Source: Oikopleura dioica (taxonomy: Eukaryota > Animalia > Chordata). From it: 64,000 nt of DNA. The DNA lies in assembly GCA_907165135.1 (NCBI GenBank), contig OU015568.1, positions 14,012,001 through 14,076,000 on the forward strand, read 5' to 3'. Numbering within the stretch: position 1 is the stretch's first letter; every line of letters begins with the position of its first letter. Shown here one piece after another: positions 13,360 through 25,508 of this stretch. The position numbers were made by a program, and so were the translations under genes. Below the pieces are notes generated by a model that saw nothing but the letters and a program-made list of their open reading frames with translations, did not search any database and was not told the origin of the DNA.

Positions 13360-16104
13360 GTTATTTTCTCCCCCTTTACTTTTTCAAGCTGTATTCTCGA
13401 GCAAATTGATAGCTGTAACCTTACAAACTACCTGTACATCTGATTGTAATTTCCGACCATGCAGTGCACTGTAAATATAATATGATATTTTATGAGATTT
13501 ACCGAAAATCAACAAATTTTTATCAAAAAAGACAACACTTTTTCTTAAAAAAACAATGACAAAGTTCAGTACTTGTAGTTTTATGCACAAACTTGTGATT
13601 TACTCAAATAAAACTTCAAAAATTATAAAAAAATGTCAATTCTTTGCAAAAAATTAGACAAGCTGAGCCTTGAACTTTCATATCACGCGAATAGAAAAAA
13701 ACGATGTTTTCAGAAAACCAGCTTTATGATATTTTAACCGACGAGTTAGCGATTTAACAAGCGATAGAAAAGTTTTATCTTGAAATAATTCGGCTCATCC
13801 TTGGATTTTCCCAGCTCGGCTGATCGAATGTTCTGAAATTACCCATTTTCAATGCTGGTCACAATATTTTGAGGCTAATTATGATGATTTTACATGGACC
13901 TTTTAATCGTGCTCAATGTGAGAACACGCTCACAACACATTGTGACATGACGGCTTTAGAAAGAATATATTCTCAAGCGTTGTAAAAGTGTTAAAAAATA
14001 CAACTCATGCCACGAAAAGAGCTAATCATTGACATTTACAATGGAAAGCGCGGGCTTTAGTTGGACAAAGTGGCCAAAAACCACTTGAAGGTTAACGGTT
14101 AACCCGGTTATCCAGTGTTATCACGAGATATACTTATATATGAAAGACATGCTGCCGCTGATTTTAATCGCAATGTTTCGGGCGAATCTTTCAATATCGC
14201 CGTGTTTTGGGATCTCAAAAAACCGGACCGGCAATTTTATTTTCTATTTGGTTCGTATAAAATTTGAATATAATTCTTGTTGAAGACGTTTATTATTAAT
14301 TGGCTTGTGGTCATTTAGAAAGTGGATTTCCTCCTTTTCGCGTCCATGGCCACGGTCTTCGTTTATGGCGTGAGAAGATTTTCAGGCCACAGTGTTTGGA
14401 TCATAAATCACGAAAAACGCCAGTGACAGTTCCGGAATGTCTGACAAAAACAATCTTAATTCGGCTTATCAAAGGGCGACCAACCAACCGGTATCCTCTG
14501 ATACAGTTGGTAATTCCATACAAGTGGCTCAAAGAAAAAGCCCGCCGACGAGCTATTCCCATCTAACAAGACAAATATTTTGATCCAAATCGAATTTTCC
14601 ATGCTTTTTTGAGGATTGTTCTTTTGTAAAAATAAATGCATAAGAGATGTTGATGCATTTTGAAGCGCACGAGTTTTGTGTTGTTTATTTCCTGTTGTCA
14701 GATTAGCGACATTTACGGGGGGCGTCATGGACGAGTCCGTCCAAAGTGATTCCGTGGTCACGCTTGGGCACAAATGTAATGCGAGGTGACCTTGGCGTCA
14801 CCGTTTTTTTGAGAATCAAAATAATCATCTACCGCCGTTTCCCACCGCTATCTAGTGATTCTACTACAATAGATTATTATTAAATTGGCGCGTGTTTGTC
14901 TCTAAAATCACTTTTCGTATTGTAAGCCGTGTTTTCGCTGATCACTAGAAGGTGAGACAAAGAAGGTCAATTCCAGGAGAAACCCTCTAAAACCACGATT
15001 TGGCCATGGCACGGGTGAGGGCCAGAAAAAGTGGGAAAGCTGGCTTTCCAGATCTGTAGGCTTAGAGTAGTGTCACTATGTAACCAGTTGGTTAGATGTG
15101 GTCGCGCAGGAGACGTAAACAAAGCGAGCGCGTTTGATGTCCCCCAGCCTAAGCAATAGCATTAGAGAGTGTTTGTAAATAGCGCAGGACTCAGTGACCA
15201 GACTATACAAAATCACGGCAACGATCAAACAGCTTTCCAAAATCGAAACGAAATAAATGCTGACAGCTCACTTGACCTTCTAAAGCTGCACTAAGTGTCA
15301 CCAGATATTTGACATACCGAATGTCTATTTTTGTCGAAGGCATAAGTGAGCTCACAGTTCTGAATTTACCTACTGACATCTTTTTACTGAATTAAAATTG
15401 CGAAGAAAATAAGCATGATATGAATACTTCTTTTCCGATAAATCCATATGTTCTTCAATGTCTATCAGAAAAACGTATGTCTTTAGGTGAATTTAGGTCT
15501 GTGAACTCTCATTTGACTCGACGAAGAATAAAAGAATCCGGTGATCGCTGATTTTTACCTGCTTTTTGGTTGAATAAATAATTATTCAACATGTGTTCTA
15601 ATCACTTTTTTCGCCCTTTTTTTCAGCCTTTACCAAGTTACAACAAATGCTCGCCCCTCTACCGTCCATTGTTTAACAAATATTAACAAATGCGATAATA
15701 TTTCATCCCTTGCCGGATCTTGAAGGTTTCCCAGGCCGGAAGCAGGTCGGTTTCTGCCAAATTGATGTTTAGTTTTTTATGTTTGAGGGCTGATTCAACT
15801 TTGTTTGCGCGTGTTTATGGCATTTGTCATCGAGATCATACGATCGTTGTTAACAAACGATATCAAGACTCTATGTTAGATATTAGCCAGGATAAATATT
15901 TTGATCAAGAAATCAAATCGACGGCCTTGTTTTTTCTAATACGTGCACCAGGAGAGTTTCATGAATATGAAACAAAACGCAATTTTGCTTACGAAAATTT
16001 TTATTAAAAAAATATAGAAAAATCTTTAGATTTCTGGCAAATCAGTTGGGAAGATAAAAAACTGGTATTTTCGTATAGATAGAAGTTGAAACGCAATTGA
16101 TAAT

Positions 16105-18330
16105 TTATATCTCTTTGATTTCCCTTCCTATTAAAAATACTTGGATCCGGAAGAATCGAAGAATGTGGCCTTTAGTATATTTCCGTTGGATCAAAGAACA
16201 TCTTATCCAGGATCTCAAGGAGAGCGTGGCGGTGGTGCTCGAGCCGATTTCAAGACTGGTGCGAAAGAGTGGATCGTGGAATGCCAAGCTCCAGTGCCCG
16301 GGCGGATATAACGAACGATCACTTCGCTCGGGTTCTTTGATGCTGAGTGCAAAACACTGTCGGTTGAACAAATATTGGGAAAATATCAAGCAGGAAATGC
16401 CTCTGCTCATGAGAGCTCATCTCTGGGAGCTTGAAGAAGGTTCTTTCTCGCCTTTATTTTTGGAGGGAGTCCTCGCCCGCCTTGCTGTTTATTTGAAGAA
16501 TCTATTCTAAAGCAATGCCGCTGGATAATGCTTATTTGAAATGGCTATTTATTTGAATTTAATTTGCGCCTCGGTTTTAATGCGACTCGATTATGCCACG
16601 ATCACGGACTTGCTCCAAATTCTCACCGTCCAAACACCACGTCCACTGGCTTACAGCGGAATAATAATCCGCCAACACTTGTTTAATGATTTTCATAATC
16701 ACCGAGTCATTGAAGAAGATATTCCTTTCTTGCAAAAATTCAGAATCACCTGCAAAAGCATTCCTTCCATTTTATTCCGGATCTCCTCACAAAGGTCGCC
16801 TTCAGGTCTTCTTCTGAAGTAAGATGAACAATGTCGATGTCAAAGTCTTTAGGAAGGTCTTTGGCATTTTATACAGAGCTTTTTTGAATAATTCCGCTCC
16901 CAGGGAAGTGATTTTCAGTTATCAATCTAAGCCACAAGCAGGAAGGGCGATATTCATAAAATATTCTTACATTCTTTTCATTGCCATCCCCATGGGAAGC
17001 TCTGACACAAGAAACACTTCCGTTAGTCGAACAATCGAATCGGATTTTTGTAAGTTCCGATCACTGATTTATTGGACTTTTATGAGACTGAACTCTTCGC
17101 CACGAGTGACGTTGATAAACATTCTATTACTGTATAGAAAGAGCTGATCCAGTACTTTCGGCGGCGCTCTTTGATGAGAAAATAGAATCCCTTCGAGTTA
17201 AAAGGCATGTCGAAAGTCTGAAGAGGCCACAACGCCGGTGCTGGACTGAGAGCGGCTTGCTCAAGGGTGCTTACTCAGAGAAAATAAATTTCTCGCTCAG
17301 CATGGAAGATGCTTTGATAAAGATGATTTAGCAAAGACGCACGAGTGGCCTCAAGACCAGCCACTCGCTGCCAAGGAGCTAATTCTGGACATTGACATCA
17401 CCGACGATTGCTTAATTAAATAATCCACGTTTTTCGCCGCCTCAAGAACTGAGTCGAAAAAATGCTTACGTTTTCGTTAACTTTCTTCTTTAGTAGCAGA
17501 AATGCGCGAACGCGTCACCTCATTGAGTTTGGCAAGCATCTTGGAGGGAAGATTTTAAAAATTGGTGTGCTCTTGGAATGTTCTTGAATTAGTTTTTCAA
17601 TTGAGGTCAAAATTCCACCGAAAGAGTACGTGAAAAGGCACACTCAATTTTACTAACGAGCAATTAGAGGGCGAAAAAACGAACAAAAACAAGATTTTAG
17701 AAACATTCTTGAATTCATCAGAGTCAGCTGGGAGCGCTCCAATGCAGTAAAACAACGTCTGTGCCTGTTCAAGTGGCTGTTTTGACAAATTAACTCTCGA
17801 AAAGAAAATTATGAGCGCAGTAAACATGACAATCGTTCGTTATCGGTGTTGGCAGATTCCACGTTTGTATAAAAACGACAGCGAAACAGTAAAACTGTCA
17901 TTTTACAATAATCTAATTGAACGTCTCTTTGAGTGGGAGAAATAATGTTCTGCTGTAGTCGCTTATTAGATATTCTCTTTTATTACAGAAAAAATGCAAA
18001 ACGAGGATGGTGTTCCAAAACCGCGAACCGGGCGGTTCTTTTTGGATAAAAAGAGAGAGTCCAATTTCATGGCGGTATCTTAGGACTTTATTATTACGTG
18101 TGCCCTTTTCCTCTGGTCTTCTCAAAATAGCACCAAACGTGAGCGCAGTGGCTCCCGGTCGACCTTCAGCAGAAGGGTTTTCGAAACGCTCACACAAAAT
18201 CCCCAACACAAACAAAAATCATCTTTTTGTAGACCTCAAGGCATTGAACAGTTGCTGGGAACGGAAACTTGATGTTTCCGAAATGAGGATCCTCGATTAC
18301 GCGATGTACTATTGTAGGCAGAGGAGGTGA
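16105..18330 (-). other. Fragmented coding-like sequence downstream of the myosin gene (possible many-exon orphan gene or decayed gene)
   Basis: Several GC-richer segments translate plausibly on the minus strand (e.g. VNLSKQPLEQAQTLFYCIGALPADSDEFKNVSKIL; EGDLCEEIRNKMEGMLLQ). I found no consistent splice model and no recognisable domain. Confidence 0.2.
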
Positions 18331-18602
18331 TCTGTTCCTGATTCTTTTCACAAATTATCTCCGGCTGGAATAACTTGTTTGGTTAGGGAACAACAGCTGC
18401 TCGCGAATTTATAAATTAGTCCGATTATCTTTTAAACATGGAATTCCGCACATGCCAGGACAAAGAAAACAGCTCTTTTAAGAAGAGCACAAAGCCTTGA
18501 TTCATCGATTAGCTGAAATCAACGAAGACTTCCTTAGATTCAAGAAAAAAATATTTTTTTGGTTGTGAAATAATTTATTTCATAATTAGTTAAACAGAAT
18601 AA

Positions 18603-21600
18603 TTAGAAAGCAGAGGACTTGGATCGCATCTTGGAAAGAGTGGATTCGGCCATATCAGCTCGCTCTTCAGCCTCATCGAGCTCGTGCTGGAGCTTTCGGT
18701 ATCGGGACATGTTCTGAGTGGCGGCTTCTTCCTGTTCTTCAGCCAGTCGCTTGAACTGTTTGACCTTGAGCTGGAGCTTGTCGGCCTGGTCCTGGAGTCG
18801 AGCAAGGTTCTTCTTGTCCTCCTCACCAGCGTAGACGGTCTCCTTGACCTTTCGCTCCATCTTTCGGACGGCCTTCTGGGAGTCAACACCTCGTCGTCGC
18901 TCGTTGTCGAGTTCGGATTCGAGTTCTCGGAGTCGGCCCTCGAGTTTCTGGACGTGCTTCTTACCACCCTTGAGGGCAACCTGTTCAGCATCGTCCAATC
19001 GAGCCTGGAGTTCCTTGAGCTGGACTTCCTGGTTCTTCTTCATTCGCTCAAGATGAGCGGAAGCATCCTGCTCCTTTTAAGGTCCTCAGCCATGATAGAG
19101 GCGTCAAGGATGGACTTCTTGGCCTTATCCTCGGCGTTCTTAGCTTCCTGGATGGCTTCTTCGACTTCGTTGGCAACAGCGAGGAGCTCCTGCTCGAGCT
19201 TTCGCTTCTGGTTGGCGAGGGCGGTGTTCTGGGTGTGGAGGAGGTTGGCTCGCTCGTTAGCTTCCATGAGCTCCTGCTCAGCAGCCTTTCGGCCTTTCTC
19301 GGCCTGCTCGACAGCAGATCGGAGTTCATCGATTTCAGCCTGGAGAAGGTTGACTCGTCGGTCAGTGACAGCAGTCTGCTCCTTGACTTCGTCAAAGATT
19401 CGGTCAGATTCGTCAAGAGCCATTTGGGCGTCCTTGATCTGGCCCATGATGTCCTTGTTCTGTCGCTGGGCATCGTTGAGCTGTCGGTTAGCATGAGCTA
19501 GCTGGATCTCTATATCAGAGATATCTCCCTCGAGCTTCTTCTTGATTCGAACAGCTTCGGATCGAGATCGGATCTCAGAGTCGAGCTGAGACTGGATGGA
19601 TTCGACAGTTCGGCTGGCATTTCGTCGGTTGTTGTCCATTTCTTCGTCCTTCTCCTGGAGTCGTCGGTCAGATTCGTTCTTGATCTGCTGGAGCTCAACA
19701 GTGATTCGGAGGGTCTTGGCTTCCTCAGACTCAACGGCGGCTTCAGTCTCCTCAAGGGAGGCAGCAAGTTCGTTTCGCTCAACCTCGATGTTTCGCTTGG
19801 CCTTCTCGAGTTCAGAGATAGACTTGGCACCTTCGGCAACCTGGTCGGTAAGATCAGCGATTTCTTCCTGGACCTGCTTGTTCTCTCGCTTGGCGGACTC
19901 AAGGGCATCGACAGCTTCCTCGTAGGCGTTTCGCATCTTGAAAACTTCGTTGGAAGCTTCTCGAGATTCCTTCTGGGCCTTCTCAAGCTCAGAGTTGATC
20001 TCGTCCTGCTTGGCCTTGTTTTCCTCGAGAATCTTGTCAAACGATCGCTGCTTCTTTTCGAGAGCAGAAGCGGCGGCATTAGCTCGCTCGAGCTCAACAG
20101 TCAAGTCTTCGATCTCAGACTGAAGTCGACCCTTGGATTTTTCAAGAGAAGAGCACTTAGCAAGAGCAGCCTCGACGGACTCTTCGGCTTCGGAAAGTCG
20201 ACCAGAGAGCTTCTTCTTGGCATCCTCGAGTTCTTCAGTTCGCTGGATGGCATCAGTCTCGTACTTGGTTCGCCACTGAGAAGACTCAGAGTTGGACTTG
20301 GAAAGCTGTCGCTGGAGCTCGTTCTTGGCCTCAACTTCCTCATCGTACTGTTCTCGGAGAAGCTCGTGGTCGTGCTTAGCAGCCTGGACCTGGTGGACGA
20401 GGGCGTTCTTGCCCTTGACTTCCTCATCGAGAGATCGTCGGAGCTCGTCGTTGGCCTGAGAGACAGAGTTCTTCTGTCGGGTGAGCTGAGAGTTGATCTG
20501 TTCTTTCTCTTCGAAAGTTCGTCGAAGCTCATTCATCTCAGTGGTAAGTCGAGCCTTGGTGGCAGCGGAGTCAGAAATGTTCTTCTCCTGCTCTTCGTAT
20601 TTCATCTTGAGCTCAGCGTACTGGTCCTCAAGGTGTCGGCAGGACTTTTCGTAAGAGACCTTAGATTTGGAGAGAGACTCAACGTTGGAGATGAGATCAT
20701 CAGCTTCCATCTTGAGCTCAGATTTCTCCTTCTCGAGCTTAGTCTTGACTCGCTGGAGGTTATCGATAGTCTCGGTGAGTTCAGAAGAAGTGTCAGCGTG
20801 CTTCTTTCGCATGCCAGAGAGAGTAGACTCGTGAGCGATGTTGTGCTCTTCGAGATCTCGCTGGAGCTTGGCGAGCTCAGCTTCTCGTCGCTTGTTGATT
20901 TCAATCTGAGCCTGAGTCTGGGCGTTAGCCTCCTCGAGTCGCTCGGAGAGCTCTTCAAGTTCTCGGGAAAGATCAGATCGAGATTTCTCGGACTTAGCCT
21001 TAGCGGCTCGCTCGGCTTCAAGTTCTTCCTCGAGCTCTTCAATTCGAGCCATGAGTTCCTTGATCTTCTTCTGGAGCTGAGCAACAAGAGCCTGCTCATC
21101 TTCGTATCGAGTAGAAAGCTGGTTGTACTCAAATTCAGCCTTCTTCAATTTCTCCTCGAGTCGCTGTTTATCGTTTTCGAGATCCATGATAGTTTCCTGA
21201 GCAAGTCGGAGATCACCTTCGAGCTTTCGCTTGAGTCGCTCAAGATCAAGTCGAGATCGCTTTTCGGTTTCGACAGACTGTTCGAGGTCATCGACCTGCT
21301 GTTCGAGCTTATTCTTAGCCTTGGAAAGGGAGTTAACCTTGTCTTCTTCGGCCTGAAGATCATCAAGAGCCTGTTGGTGGGCTTCCTGGAGGGCCTTCTT
21401 CTCCTTCTGGAGCTTGGCGATGTTGTCTTCAAGGGCAGAGAGCTCATCAGTCTTGGTTCGAACATCAGACTCAACAGTGGCCTTCTCCTTTTCGACCTTG
21501 GAGAGAGTACCCTCGAGGTCATCAATGTCCTTTCGGAGCTCCTTGCATTCTGTCTCAAGCTTTCGTCGCTTGTTTTGGAGATCGACATTGATTTCTTCCT

Positions 21601-24503
21601 CGTCTTCAAGTCGCTCGTTGAGTTCCTTGATCTTTCCGTCAAGATCAATCTTGGACTTCATGAGGGACTCAGCTCGGTCTTCAGCATCCTGGAGAGCATC
21701 GGTCTCACCAGCAAACTCGGAAATGAGTTTGTTCTTGAGCTGGATGAACTTGGAGTACTCCTGTTCGAGCTGCTTTCGTCGCTTAGACTCGACTTCGAGT
21801 TCTTTCTTCATCTCTTCGTATTCCTTGAGAAGCTCGTCGAACTCAGCCTTCTTCTCAGCAGTGTTGAGGAGTGGTCGGATCTTGAAGAGGAGTTTCTGCC
21901 ACTCCCAATCCTTCAAGGTGACGTAAGCTCTCCAGTTGGACTGGATGACAACAGCACCATCTCGCTCCTTGACGGTCTTCAAGAAAGCAGCTCGAGAGAG
22001 GTTGAATCGCATTCTGGTCTGGAGCTTGGTGAGAATTTCAGCAATCTTGTCATCTCGAAGATCTTCCAAAGCACCAATGATACCGGCCTTGAAGAAAAGC
22101 TTGGTGTGACCAAATCGATAGACAACGGGATCAATTTGGGAAATTCCAGCAAGGATCTTCTCGCAAGCCTTCTTGGGGTCAATGAAACCAGTCTTGGGAA
22201 GGGAGTTGGGGTTGAGGATACAGTATCGCTGTTTCCAGTCAGAGTATTCGACTCGAGATGGGAAACCCTTTCGGCAAATACGGATACCTTCCAAGACACC
22301 GTTACATCGGAGCTGGTGAAGGACAAGGTTGTTATCCATGAAACCTGGTCGCTTCTGTTCGTTGGGAATAATACATCGGACAAAGTGAGGCTGAGTGGCG
22401 TGGAGATTAGTCATCAATCGAAGGAGAGATTCTCTGTGGAGGGCAGAGACAGTCTGGAAGGAACCACCCTTTTGTCGCTTGCCTCCCTTCTTTCCACCAC
22501 CCTTTGGTGCATCATCGGGGGAGACGTAGGATTCCCAGATCTTCTTGCAGACCTCGAGGTTGGACTGCTTGAAAAGGGCAACAAGAGAGTTGTTAAGAGG
22601 ATCCTTGTTCTTCAAGAGCCAATCGGTGACGTTGTAGGCGACGGTACCAGCGTAGTGGTAGATTTCGAAGTGAGCCTCGAACTTGCCCTGCTTCTTGACC
22701 TTGCCAATAGACTTGGTCTTGCCCAAATGCTGCTGGAAGAGCTTGTCTCGGTAGGTCATGTCAGTGGCCTTGGGGACAATGCACTCTTCTTCGAGGAGTG
22801 ACATGATACCAAGAGGCTTCTCGATAAGTTCGATAGTAGCCTGGAGATCCATACCAAAATCGATAAACTCCCAGTCGATACCTTCTCGCTTGTATTCTTC
22901 CTGTTCGAGGATGAACATGTGGTGGTTGAAGAACTGCTGGAGTCGTTCGTTAGTGTAGTTGATGCAAAGCTGTTCGAAAGTGTTGAATTCGAAAATTTCG
23001 AAACCAGCAATATCGAGGATACCGATGAAGTTGTTTCGTGGAAGATCAGTGGAGAGAGCTCGGTTGACAACAGCGACAAGCCATTCGAAAAGTCGGTTGA
23101 AAGAGGCCTTGACGACGGCACCAATAGCGTAGTAGACTTGGGCGACAGTCTGACCTTTGACAACGTATTCAGCACCGACCTTGACCTTGGGAGTGCAGAC
23201 GGCCTTGAGCCACTCAGCAGAGTTGACACCCAAAAGGTAGGCAATCTTGTCAGCAGCTTCAGTTCCATCGGGCTCAGCCTGTTCTTCTCGGGGCTTCTCC
23301 TTGAAGACGGCGTTACCAGAGTGCATGAGAGAGGCAGTGATCTTGTAGACACCAGCCTTTTCTTCCTCAGTGAAACCAAGAATATCGAAAGACTCGTCAG
23401 TGGCATCGAGTTCTTCGTTATCATCAATGGACTTGACCTTGATTTCACCAAGAGAGCACCACTTGTAGTCATAAGGATCAGTAGAGATCATGCACATCTC
23501 GTTAATCTGGGGCTTGTGACCAGTGAGCATCTGGTAGAAGATATGGAAGCATCGTTCGGCCTTGAGCTGGAAGGTGACTCGAGACTTCTCCAAAAGGTAG
23601 GTATCGATATCACCAGAGGCGAGCTTACCAGTGACCTGGAAGTGAATTCGGATGAATTTACCGAATCGAGAAGAGTTATCGTTACGGATGGTCTTGGCGT
23701 TACCAAAGGCCTCCATAGCGGGGTTAGCAGCGACAATCTGATCTTCGAGGGTTCCACCTCCCTTGAGAGAAGGAGCTTCATCCTTCTTAGAGTTTTTGTC
23801 ACCAAGGGCACAGACGACGGCGAAGTACTGGATGACTCGCTTGGTGTTGACAGTTTTACCAGCTCCAGACTCACCAGTAATAAGCATAGACTGGTTTTCG
23901 GAGTTTCGGAGCATATCTTGGTAAGCGTTATCGGAAACGGAGTAAACGTGGGGAGGCATTTCAGTTCGTCTCTTGTTGTAGTAGCAGAGGACAACGTGGT
24001 TGTCGTAGACGGGAAGCCACTTGTAGGGGTTAACAGTGACACAGAAAAGACCTGAAAAAGATTTTAGGTATTGAAATCAAGGAAGAAAGGGAGCTTACCG
24101 GAGTAGGTGTAGATAAGGAAGAGAGTGTATCGGGAGTTCAAGTTGTGGACAACAGAAGCTTCGGACAGATATGTCATGTTAGCCATATCTTCCAAGAGTT
24201 CGTACTTGGGAGGGTTCTGTGGCTCGACATCTTCGGGCTTGTAAAGCTTGACTTTACCGTCAGCCAATCGCTCGACTTCGACCTTGCCATCCTTCTCACC
24301 GAGCTTTTTACCCTAAAATATGAGTAAAAAATTGGCTCAAGATTCATATTTGGAATTACCTTGCAGTAACCGGTTTCAGAGTAGGGGACCCAAACGGCGC
24401 TTTTACCCTCAAAAGGAGCGTTTCGGATATCAATCAGCTGGATGTTGGGCAATCGAAGATAAACTGCGGCATTGCCAGCTGCTTCGGGATCCCAAAGCGC
24501 CAT
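18603..24503 (-). CDS. MYH: Sarcomeric (striated muscle) myosin II heavy chain; exons 24503-24360, 24312-24099, 24051-18603, with an apparent 1-nt frameshift at about 19075
   Basis: P-loop GESGAGKT, switch [11 protein letters not shown], switch [13 protein letters not shown]1/SH2 [14 protein letters not shown], an IQ region and a long rod ending ...[19 protein letters not shown]. Two short GT-AG introns near the 5' end are in phase. Confidence 0.98.
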
Positions 24504-24505
24504 GA

Positions 24506-24792
24506 CTAAATAACAATAAGTATAAATAAAGACGAATCTACAGAAATTCTCTCTTTCTCTCTGCTTACCTGTGGTTGGTCTGGTGCTTGCAGAACTGAGA
24601 TGTGAGGGAAAGCGTTCCTCCTTTTACGCTGAGAAGGGAGGAGCTTTCAACAGCTTTAACCAGTTTGACAACCCCTTGACTCACTGCCAAGAGGCATTTT
24701 TCTAGTACAGTAACACTACAACATAACGATAGCTGAAGTTCATGGTAGGGTTTCCGCTTGCAATCCAAAGTGATGTTGCTAATGCTTTTATA
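24506..24792 (-). promoter_or_regulatory. Myosin 5' region: TATA box (TATAAAA at 24792-24786), non-coding first exon and 63-nt 5'-UTR intron (24568-24506)
   Basis: The minus strand reads ACAG|GTAAGC at 24569/24568 and TATTTAG|TCATG two bases before the ATG. TATAAAA lies about 220 nt upstream of that donor. Confidence 0.5.
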
Positions 24793-25508
24793 ATAATTTT
24801 ACGATTTTAGCTCCAATGGAATTAACTTTTGGTTGCTCAATTTTTTCAAACATTTTTATTCATTTTTCGTGCACATATTTTGGATGTCCCCGAATAGGAT
24901 AGTATTATATCATTTTTCTTACTAAAAATGACTAGCGAAAATCTGTCCTTGTTCACGATGAATGCAGTAGATTGGGAACATTTCGCAACAATAATTTATA
25001 GCGTTTCTGCTCTTCCTCACGATCATTTTGTGCGAGCCATAATCGAGTACTAAAAAAGTCACTCGGGCCACCCTTTTTTGCCGGGCGATAATGATACCCT
25101 TACCCTTTCAAAATGAGCAAAATTGATAAGCTTCACGCTATCATCACCTTTTCGGGTAAAATCATCACGTTTGGGAACTTTCACTTTTCTTGCTGCATGC
25201 GACAATCTTTCTTTATTTAGAAAGTACTCATTCAGTTTTCATTTAATTGCTTTTTTGTATCTTTCACAGTTTGTCGCTATCGTTGTTGTCTTCAAAATCA
25301 GGGTTAGGGTTGTATGATTTGATGATCCCAAGTAGCATTTTGTCATTTTTCTTAATATATCTGGTCTTCGGAAGTTCTTTTTCCGGGCCAGTGCATATAT
25401 CTGAGCAAGTTAAGGCTCGTTTCTTTTATGAGTTTTTTTTGTAAAGCATAAAGTAGTGATTTTCGGCGCCATTTAGTCGAATTGAAACTTCATACTATTT
25501 CCTTGATG

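Noticed and set aside
18684-24055. Long plus-strand ORFs (270, 811 and 378 aa) and alternate-frame ORFs over the myosin gene
   Set aside because: Antisense or shifted shadows of a strongly codon-biased coiled-coil gene. The Leu/Ser/Phe-rich translations have no motifs.
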